From NCBI GenBank assembly GCA_026936335.1, contig JAPMXV010000051.1, forward strand, positions 186,001-250,000: a DNA stretch of 64,000 nt. The letters are read 5' to 3'. The notes below the pieces were generated by a model. That model was not told the DNA's origin. It saw only the letters and a program-made list of their open reading frames with translations, and made no database searches. Shown piece by piece: positions 1-10,000 of this stretch (position 1 is the first letter of the stretch; each line of letters begins with the position of its first letter). The stretch comes from Mantamonas sphyraenae STR306. Its lineage: Eukaryota; Protista; CRuMs. Both the position numbers and the translations under genes were made by a program.

Positions 1-164
1 TTGGTCGAGTTGGCCGCAGAAGAGTTTCAGGCGTCATCCTCATCGTCATGAGGCAAAGCCAGAGACAGGAACGCGCAGGACTCTGCACAGACGAGGCAGG
101 TGGAAGAAGATGTGAAAGCAAGGGTGAGAAGGCTGCTTGATGCTCACAATGGTTAGACGACATT

Positions 165-2393
165 TTAATCGTTCTTCTTTGCTTCGTCATCCTTGGGTTC
201 TGTCTCTTGTTCTTCCTCTTCCTCTGCACCCTTGTCGTCTCCTTCCTTGTCGTCGTCGTCGTTGCTGCTGCTGCTGCTACTGCTGCTGCTGCCGTCGTCG
301 GCCTTGCTGCTTGAGGCGAGTTTCTTTGTGGTGTCGTCGCCGTCAGCCTCGTCCTCGGGAACAAAGCCATCTTCGGTGCGCTTGGGGTCGACACGGTAGA
401 TGTAGCGCTGGATCATGTACACAATAAAGACGAGGTCGTCGCGGAAGCAACTGAGGCGATGCATGGTGGGCATGGTGATGATAAAGGCAAAGAGATCGTC
501 GATAAAGGTGTTGAGGGCCTTGTACACAAAGGTACGCCAGGGCAGATGGGCCACGCTCTTGAGCTTGTAGTTGATAAACAGCTGGGGACACATCATGATG
601 AAGCCAAAGGTGTACACGGCACCCGTGAGAGTACCCAACACATACGAGTACCACGACTTGTGGGTTTCGTAGTACAGCGAGTACACGGCGTAGCCCAGGA
701 GCAAGGGCACCAGCGCCCACGAGAGGTACTTCATGGCCATCTCGTCATACTCCTTGGTTTTGGACACGTACGAGTCGCGATCCTCAAAGGTGACCCACGG
801 GAAGCTGCCGTTGCGGTCGACCTTGACAATCACGGCCTTGTTGATCTTCCAGCACTCGATGAGACAGCCGATGCCCGCGCTGATGAGAATCATGAAGGAG
901 GTGTCGTTGTCCAACAGGTACAGGAAGATGATGATCTGGGAGCCTGCGTTGATGAAGAGCGAACGGATGCTCAGGCCCTCCATGTTCTTTGCGTTCTTCC
1001 AGAACTGGATGTCGTTCTTGAAGGCCAGAAAGTCAAACACCATGTGGAGAATGGAAACGACAAAGGTGACACCCAACAAATACGGATTGGTTTCCAGCAG
1101 CATGCGCTTGAACTCATCCTTGTCGCCCTCGCTGCTGGAGCCAAACTGCTCCTGCATCTCAAAGGACTGGTCCATCTGCACCATCATGGTCCACTTGATC
1201 AGTCCAATGGGCGAGTACTCCATGTGGAGGGGCAGTTCGTCCAGCGTGTCGTTGACCGGATACAGGTGGTTGCGCAGCGTCCAAAAGTCGTTGAAGAACA
1301 CAATGGGGCAGAAGCGTCCCTGCGCATCCATATCCATGTGCTCTCCAATCTGCTGGGGAATACGGCCCATGGGATAGGCACTAAAATCTTCCACCACCTG
1401 CACCGTCATGTTGGGATTCCAGTAGGAAATCAACACCTCCTCCCCCTTGGCCGCCTTGCGTGTGTCCAACACCTCCTCCTCCTTGCCCGTCAGCAGGTTC
1501 TTTTGCATCGTCACTCGCGGTTTCTTCAGATACACGTTGAGTCGCTTGCGACGGTAGCAGCTCGCGGACGGATGATACGACGGCGACGACGGATCCGGCG
1601 AGAACCCGTGCTGTGTGATGTACGCGTGTGCATACAGACTGCCGTTGTTTTGAACATTCTGTGTGTGTGTGTGTGTGCGACGGGGTTACCACGTACCGTG
1701 GCGTAGGAGTGTAGGAGTGAGTGATTCTGGCGGCGTGCATGTTTTCGGTCCCCGGGCCTCCCTTCTCCCTCTCTCTCGTGCACCACACCTGTGCACCTAC
1801 CTGGGAAATGGGCACGCGGATGTCCTTGCTGCGTTCGTACTCCTCGCCCCATGCGCCGTACACAATGTCCTGCTCCTGCCACACCAGGGCTTGGTTGTTG
1901 GCAAAATCCTCAAAGAGTGGATCCTCCGACACATACACTTGCAGTTTCTGTGTGTGTGCGTGTGTGTGTGCGTGTGTGTGTGTGTATGCGCATGGGGTTC
2001 CATGGCAGCAGTGACAGTGTGCGGTTGCGTGTGCGGCGGACGTTTTGGAACGGGGGTGGGGTGACGTCAGCGCGGGCTCCCTGGTGAGGTTCCAACGCGG
2101 CGTGCAACACGTACAAAGCGAACCCCTTTGCCAAACTTGTTCATGTGGTGCGTAATCTGCTGGCCGTTCTCGTCGACCATGGGACCGGTGGGCATGTTGC
2201 CAACGGCGGAGCCCGGGACGACGCCAGCCACGCCGTCGGCATTGGGAACGGCGGGCGTGGTGGTGCTGCGGTTGCCATTGAACATATTGAACATCATGTA
2301 CATGATGAGGAGGTTCCATAGGAGACCTCCCCATCCGCGTCCCTGTCCCTGTCCCTGGCCCTGTTGACCTTGTCCTTGAGCGGCTTCGGCCAT
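165..2393 (-). CDS. CLPTM1: CLPTM1-family multi-pass membrane protein (3 exons; introns ~2113-1949 and ~1800-1659)
   Basis: Diagnostic motifs ETNPYLL, FLAFKNDIQFWK, PQLFINYKLKSVAHLPW, YKALNTFIDDLFAF, HRLSCFRDD; ATG at 2393 (MAEAAQ); GT..cacacAG introns join the frames. Confidence 0.93.
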
Positions 2394-2441
2394 TGTTGTG
2401 CGAGGTGTTGGTCGGAGCTGCGCCCGCTGGGCCAGCAGCAG

Positions 2442-3299
2442 ATGTTGGGGCCACTGGGTGCGGGTGCACACGGACGGCGCCAGCGTTACGCCCCTCTTGG
2501 ACAAGAGGACGAGGACGAGGTCGATGCTGTGGCGGCCAGGGACGGCGGAGACGACGACGTCGTCACACCGGCGGACGGCGCGGACCGTGGTCGCCACAGA
2601 CGAAGGCACAGGCACAGGAGAGCACACGGTCAGGGAGAAATTCACAGCGGACCATCCGAGGCTGTGGGTACGACACACTGGAGCGACGAACCGTTTGACA
2701 GTGAGAGGCAACGGAAGAAGCGGCAGCGGCAGAAACTTTCCTTTGTGCTGTACATGATCGTCATTGAAATGATGTACCAGTACGGCCTGCAGCGGGATCT
2801 GGGGACTCTGTTGATGCGCATCCTGCAAATTGTAGGTTGATAAGGGAAGGGGGTGGGGCGTGCCGGCCTTGTGCGTCGGCTGCTTCCTCGAATGGGGATT
2901 TCGGAATTGCCTCCGACTCGGCACCGCTCCGGGCTTCTCATGGGAACTGACAAGCAAATGGCGACACACACACACACACTCACACACGCAAACACACAGT
3001 CATGGATGCAGAGGATGTACAAAAGCGAACAGAGCGTGCAGCAGCAGATGCTCAAGGTGTTTGTGGGAGTCACAAACGTGACGTTGTTTCTCACTCACCT
3101 GGTGCGACCCATCAACGTCGCCTCACCGCTCACTCTTCATTATCTGGGCAACGATGCCAACGTGGGCGTCTTGTCTGTCGTTCTGGTCGACATGATCCTC
3201 ATGAGCCTGCAAACGATGTGGATCCGCCTTGCGTTGCGCTCCGAGGACGACTTGGCGCGGGACGAGTGGCAACAGCAAGCGGACAATGCACCTGTGTGA
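2442..3299 (+). CDS. DUF1746 / Dsc4-like membrane protein (2 exons; intron ~2832-2999)
   Basis: Spliced product has LYMIVIEMMYQY..DLGTLLMRILQ ... TNVTLFLTHL ... YLG ... VVLVDMILMSLQ, resembling the DUF1746 pattern; phase-0 GT/AG intron. Confidence 0.5.
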
Positions 3300-3311
3300 T
3301 CCAGTTGATTT

Positions 3312-3978
3312 TCAACCAGCACGTGAGGACCCCGCAGCAGCCCCGAAGAAATCTGTGATTGTCAGCTGGCCCTTGTTCAGGTTGTTGTCTGGCAGCTGTG
3401 CCTCTTCCTGCTCGTCTTGGTCCTCATCCTCCGCATCCTCCTCGTCCTCGTCCTCGTCCTCGTTCGCAAAGAACGAAAACGAAGGCACCTCTCTGTCGTC
3501 ATTGCCAAACACAAAGGGGATCTCGATGCGAGAGGCGGGCGGGCGCACCGATTGGATGGGATCGGCAAAAGACACGCCGGCCGAGGGCAAGGATGTCTGT
3601 GCATTGGTGGGCTCTTGGGTGAGCGATCGCCTCGGGAAGTGGTCAGGAACCGGAATGCTCGAAATGCCCGCCCCTGACGAAGATCCTGACAAGAAAAAGT
3701 CGTCTTGCGCGTCATCCTGCTCCTCACGGGTCATGAGGCGACTCCATCTGATCAAAGGGTGTGTGCGTGTGTTTGTGTGGGTAATTTGCGGAATAGGAGT
3801 GAGCACGTGTGCATTGCGTGGTCACTGGGCGCGTTGTTGCTGCCTACTTGCCAGATGGCAGACAATCCATGTCGCCAAAGACGTCGTCTTCGCTTGCAAG
3901 CGACTGTGATCGTTTGCGCTTTGTACGGTGCTTGGCCCGGTTGGTGGCCTGCACTTCACGCATGACACTGGTGAGCAT
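3312..3978 (-). CDS. Hypothetical acidic protein with C-terminal PIP-box-like motif (2 exons)
   Basis: ATG 3978; intron gtaggc..gatcag restores the frame; basic KHRTKRKR segment; ends QLTITDFF (Qxx[ILM]xxFF). Confidence 0.55.
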
Positions 3979-4049
3979 GGCAAGGTTTTGGTCCATGGAT
4001 GGATCGAGGATTGCTTTCTCGTGGGCGAGCTCGCGCAGTTCGGACCAAA

Positions 4050-4890
4050 ATGTCGTCGTCTCTGTCGTCTCTGAAAGGAGCCGGTAGTTCGACGAGCTCG
4101 AACAACGCCAAGGAGGATTTAAACTCGAGCACGCTCAGCTGGGCGCAGCAGTTGCACTCGCAACTGGACTCGGCGGAAACGTCACGTCGCAAAGAGGGAT
4201 CCTCCGGGAATGGAGGCGAGTCGTCGTCGGGCAATTCCAGCAATCTGGAAAAGATGCTTGCAGAGCATCGGGAATGGGCGGAAATGTCCGACGCCAGCAG
4301 CGACGAGGAGGAGGAGTTTGACCAGATTGAGTTTACCCTGCAGAACACAGCCAACCAGTACATTGACGACGACAAGCTGCACGAGTGTGTCGTGTTTGAC
4401 ACCTATACGAAGCGATTCCGCTGCTACTGCAACTCGTCGGTATGTGTGTGTGTGTGTGTGTGGGTTCAAGCACACTGGCGGTGGCTTTGGAAAACGGCTT
4501 TGGCGCCGAGGGTTGTACTGCCGCTGGACACTCACACACGCCTCTGTGCATTCCCTGTTCCTCTCACATGCCACTCTGATCGTATAGTTGACCATGGATG
4601 CGGTCGAAGGCCTTGTGGAGTTGCTGGATGACAGCCGGTACGCGGTGGAAAAGGGTCTGGTTGTGTACAAGATTCGCCACGCGGTTCTGCGAGCTGACGA
4701 CACCGCAGTGTACGCCAAACAGCCAGGCATTGGGCGTGGCTGCATCCTCCTGCGCAAGGACTTTCTCATCTGCTTCTGTCGCTTTGACGAGAGCATGATG
4801 GCCAGCCAGGCCGTGGAAATCAGCGAGAAGCTCCTCCGACTCGCCACAGAGGTGCGCCTTGCGCAGCAGCTGGATGTGGATGACTTTTGA
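4050..4890 (+). CDS. Divergent profilin-like protein with Ser/acidic N-terminal extension (intron 4440-4587)
   Basis: C-terminal half VLRADDTAVYAK..GCILLRKDFLICFCRFDESMMASQAVEISEKL resembles profilin/profilin-4; canonical intron. Confidence 0.6.
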
Positions 4891-4954
4891 CACAGAAGCA
4901 ATGGTTGGAGTTTCTCAAAAATGTAAATACTGTGGGCGGTGCCTGCATTGTCAA

Positions 4955-6896
4955 TCATCGCCTGCGTCCAGCAACAGGCGGAAACTTGACCCCAGACGCG
5001 CCTGCGTTGGATGATGATGATGATGATGAGGATGAGGATGAGGATGAGGATGAGGAGGAAGAGGAAGAGGAGGAGGCGCCGTGTCCCGTACCCAAACGCT
5101 TCCCTGTGCGACTCCTGCTGCGTTTGCCACTGCTGCTGCCGTTGCCGTTGCTGCTGTTGTGGTGTTTGGAGGCGGAGGAGGAGGCCAACGCAGAGCTGCT
5201 TGCCCCGGCTCCGCTGCCGCCTTCCTTGTCACCGGTTGTGCCATGTGTGGAGGTGTGTGTGGACCCCGAGGCGTGGTGGGTGTCACTAGGTCCGTTGGCC
5301 AGAAGGTTGTTGAAGTACACCTCGCTGGCGTAGCGCAGGCCCGTCACCTGCGACAACTTGAGTTCGCCTCCGTTGCGTTGGCGCTTGTGCTCCAGGATTT
5401 CGTCGACGCGAGTCCAGTCTTCAATCTTATTGTAGATGGAGTCGATCTTTTCCATGAGCGACTTGTGCGCTTTGGTGCTACTCTCCTTCCTGCTCTTGGC
5501 CAGACAGCGCACGTACAGGTTGTTGATGGCCATTTCAATTTCGCCGTAGTTGCGCGACTTTTGGTTGCTGTCCGTTACCTTGGAGCTCAGCGCGAGTTCC
5601 ATCTGCTGGTTTTCGCTCCGCAGCCGCTCCAGCTCGTCGCGCAGGCGTGCAATCTCGTGGTTGTATGTGTAAATTTCGTTCTGTTTGTCCGACACGTCCT
5701 GTTGCAGTTCCACCTTTGTGTGCTCAAACAGCTCTTCGCTCTCCCGCAGCCTCGCCTTGGACATTTTCCGTGCCTGCCGCAGCGTCTTTTCCCGGTTGAT
5801 CAGATGGATGGGTTCGGTGGTGTCCAACACCTGTTCGTTGGCCATATGATCCGTCACCGCGCCTGTGGGCCAGGGATGGAAGCGTGGAAAGCGTGGCTGG
5901 TGTGTGAGACGGAAGCATGATCCAGAGGTGGATCGTCCCCACCATTCCCCCTTCCCACGCGGGGTGCAGCGGCAATGACTATGGATGTAATGGCACGCAT
6001 CAACCTACGCAAGTATTGTCGGTACTGTTCGTATCGCTCTTTGGTGCGCTTCTTCTTTTCCCGCTCCATGAGCAGTCGCTGCTTCTCTTTGAGCTGTTGT
6101 TCGTACTCGGCCTCCTGTGATGGTGCGCGTCATGCTGTGTCAGCCCATCGCCACACGATACGTTGGATGATACTGTGTGCCTCCTGTGTGGTGGCCAAAT
6201 TCCAATCCCACAGTGTGTGCGTGTGTGTCTGCAGTGGGGGGCGTTTGGGTGCGGCTCGCAACGGCTACTCACGTATCGAAGTCGCAGCTCGCGCTCCTCG
6301 CGCTCTTTTGTCTCGTTGCGCTGCTTGCGTGCAGATGCATCCGTCAGGAAACGGTCGAATTTTGCCACGCGTTGCCTCAGCTTGTCCTGTTTGCGGATCA
6401 GCGCCTCTTCCTTCTCCTGTGGGTCGCGTTGACGCGTTCCGTTTTGCGCCGACCTGTGTCAGTGCTCCGCTTTCTCCTCCCAGTGTGCTCGTTGTGCGCC
6501 ACTTTGCCCATCTCTCGCTCACTCCCTGGCTGCCCATGGCTACAACACACCTTGAAGGCAAGCATCTTTTCCTCAAACTCGTCTCGTGTGATGTCCAGGC
6601 GGTCCTGGATTTGGTCCAGTTCCTTGGTTTTCTGCAGCAGGAGTGTCGACTGTGACGTCTGTGCGCTCTGCGACAGTTTCAACCGCGTCTCCTCCACCGT
6701 CCGATGTGGGTTGCTACAAAATGAGCAGAAGCACACAAAAGGGCAGATCCACGCATGTCCCTTTCCCGTGTCAGCGTTCCCGGCACGCAAATGGGATTTC
6801 CTGTGCTGTTGTCAACGTTCCAACCTACGTCACATTGGCCTGCTGCGTCACAAAGACCCCATTAAAGTCCTGGGTGCCGGCTTCCCGCCCACTCAT
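4955..6896 (-). CDS. CCDC42/CFAP73-like (DUF4200) coiled-coil flagellar protein, multi-exon
   Basis: N-terminal GVFVTQ, STLLLQKTKELDQIQDRL, KFDRFL, YEQYRQYL, coiled-coil C-terminus with IEMAINNLYVRC; ATG 6896. Confidence 0.75.
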
Positions 6897-7054
6897 GCTC
6901 AGTGGAGATGGGTGCAGAGATTGGGAAGTGTTGTCCAAACCAGCGCGCTGTGCACACTCTGAGCGCGGTTCATTTTCCAACAAAAGCGGTCACACAAGTC
7001 ATTATTATCAGCTGTATGAGGAGCGCAGTGTTGCTCTAGGCACTGCTAGTAATC

Positions 7055-10000
7055 TTGTCGCATGTGAGGTCCGGAGGTGGCAGAGACGAGCGCAGGGAAA
7101 CAACAGACCAGCAACAGGCCAACACTCTGGACCGCTATTTGGGAATCCATCGCAAGGAACTGGTGGGTGCCAACTGGCACACATCGGAGCTGTCGAAGAA
7201 CAGGTTCACGAGCAGACCGTGCCAGCCCCCACGCACCCAACTCTGCATGACCATGGACGGGATCGCCGACGATGAAGTGCTGGAGGTAGCCAAGTCCATG
7301 CCCTCTGTGGTCAACGCCGAGTATGACAACGAGCACCGCTTGGTGGTGACACTGCTCAAACCTCCCCCACCGCTGCACATGTCGCCAAAACTTGACCTGT
7401 TGCGGCGCCTGGGATTGTCTGACGGCACACCCGCCGAGAATGGGCTGAGCGACAAGGAGACCGATGATGCAGAGGAGCAGCTTCCAAAGGATACTCTCAC
7501 ACGCGTTGATGAGTTGGACCAGGAAGAACTGGCTCAGCTTTTGGTGTTTTCCGGAAAGAAGAAAGGACCGAAAGGGCCAAAACGCCTGAAGCTGGTGCAG
7601 GACTCACTGGACGAGCTGGCACTTGACGAGTGGCAGGCGTACTGGAATGGACTGCATGAAACAGTACGGGAAGACTTGGAACGCGCAACCCAACGTCAGA
7701 GTGAGGAGCTAAAGAACATGGAGGAAGGCCATGCACAAACACAGCTTTCCTCCAGCTCTGTAGAGAGCCTCAAACTGGCACTCACAGTGTACTTCAGAGT
7801 CGTAGAGACCGTCGAGAACGAGCAGGCCCAGAGAGATGCATCTGCCAGCAGCAGCAGCAGCAGCAGCAGTAGCAGCAGCAGTGGCGGAGGGAGGGGCCGG
7901 AATCGCAGAAATGCCAAGGGAAAAGGCAAGAAGAAGAAGGATGATACACGGAGTGAGAAGGAAAGGGTGGTTGATGACCTGTACGAACTGGTTTCGGATG
8001 GAAAGGCCACGCTCGAGGGCATGGTGTCGTTGTTGGCAACCATTGGGAACAATGGCACCCGCAAGAAGCTTCAGCCATGCAAGGAGGTGTTCGGCTTGCA
8101 ACATGTACAACACACGGGGTGGGATATGACAAACCGGGAGGCGAAAACACTCGTTGTCGACCTGCATCTGGTTACGTCTGTCTTCGTCAAGAGCCCGTCG
8201 TCCACCACCACGCTGAACAGCAGCCACAAGGGCATCAGGCAGCTGCTGTGCCTTGTTCGCAGTGCCAAGTACGAGCAGATCTGTTTTGTTTCTTCAAAGC
8301 CAACGCTTGACGCAGCTCTACGTGGGGAATGCCCTCCTGGCGACCAGATTGCGGCCACACGCTCTCTATCTCGGCTTTGTGCCTTGCAGTCTCTGGGTGA
8401 GAGCGCCAACAGCCGGCAGAAGCGTGCTGCTGCAGTGGCAGGGTCGAGCGATGTCAACGAGGCACAGGCGGTGTGGTTGATTCGCAATGCCATCCCGTCG
8501 GATGTCACTGAGGTTACCATGGACGAAGCAGTGGAGGAAGAGTGCCTGGATGTGGTCAGCAACAATCTCAAACTGCCCTCTGTGATGTATGTGCTAGGCT
8601 TCGAAGGCAGGCTCGCCTGGTTTTCTCCGCAGCCGATCCGCGAATTCGCGCAGTGTGCGGACCTTGAAGGCGCCGCTGAAGAGGAGGACACAGCTGAAGA
8701 GGAGGACACAGCTGAAGAGGAGAACACGGGAAAGGAGGAGGACACAGCTGACGAGGAGAACACAGCGGAAGAGGAAAACACAGCGGAAGAGGAGGGCAAG
8801 CAAGGCGGGGATGCGCATGATGGAGACCCTCTGCACGGAAAACACGTTGTTCAGCAGCTGCACAAGCATGGTACCGCCGCAAAACTTGCCCTGCAGCAGG
8901 CCGTTCGCCATGTACAGGCATTCAACGACGTGGCGCAGCAGGGAGGGGACGTTGGGGCCCGGTTGGAGGTGATTGAGAGCGAGTTTGAGCAACTGCTGGA
9001 AACGGCGATCGAGAAGGCTGACGACGCAGAGGGAAGTACAACCACCACCGGCTCGTTGCACGAGTACACGCTGGACGGTGTGGTGCTCGAACGGAACGCA
9101 GTCGGGGCGCTTGTTTGCGGGATGCACACGGGCATGGTGGGCCTGCCATTTACGAAGCACCAGCGGACCGTGATTGTGGAGACGTTGACATCTCAATCAC
9201 CGAAAGACTGCCTCAGCTTGAGGTTTGTGAAGAAGAAGCTGGTGGCGGTCAAGGGAAACGTTGCGGTGCTTGGAGCCGCTGGGGCAACCCCGTGTTCTGA
9301 TCGAATGCGCACATACACGCCTGCAGGCGTGGTGCAGGAGGCACTGGGCACGGATACCATGGACTGGGCTCTGCTCAACAGGCTGTGCACCTACGCGCGC
9401 GCATCCACAGGCAACGTGAACCTGCTTGCCGAACCCGTGCTGGTTGAACACACCATTCAGCTTCCACACACACCTGCATTCCACAAACGGCATGAAGTGG
9501 AGCTCAAGGACGGCAAGAGGGGATCCGCCACGGTGAATTTGCACTCTGTGCTCCCGCGCGACGACGAGTTTCTGGATGCCGATTTACAGGAAGCGTTCCG
9601 CGTCTTGAGCAGCAGTACACAGGCCCAGGGGGGTCCGCAACTGTCGAAAGAGGAGGCAAAGGTCATTGGGGATATGGTGAAGAGGCTGCAAAGTGAGCGA
9701 CCAGGCAGCGCCGAGGGAGACGGGGGATCGCGCACGGATGATGCCGAAATCGATGCACGCGACGAGTTGCAGCCACAAAGAAGCAAGGTGGCATCGAGCA
9801 GTGTGGCAAACACGATGGAGCAGGACACAACGCTCGACACCACGCAGCTTGGTCTGCTCAAATACCTGCTGCAGATGATGCGCTGGAAGGAGCTGGCGGA
9901 AGTGACAAAGTCGTTGGGAAGCGTCTCCTCCCAATGGGCACCTGCACACGAGTGTACGGCAGCCACACAGCTGTGTGCTGTTTCGAGGCTTGCCAACGAC

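Noticed and set aside
5009-5075. GAT/GAG, CAG and GCCATT simple repeats (also 7846-7881, 15270-15315, 16001-16050)
   Set aside because: Ordinary coding low-complexity tracts (poly-S, poly-Q, GN)
6833-6850. Partial inverted match CATTG...GCGTCA to 12481-12494 as an alternative TIR
   Set aside because: Gapped, weak, and lies inside the first coding exon of the CCDC42-like gene
7025-7046. GCAGTG..CACTGC hairpin as an IS200/IS605-type left-end hairpin
   Set aside because: Only a 6-bp stem with no matching right-end copy; the TIR model explains the ends better
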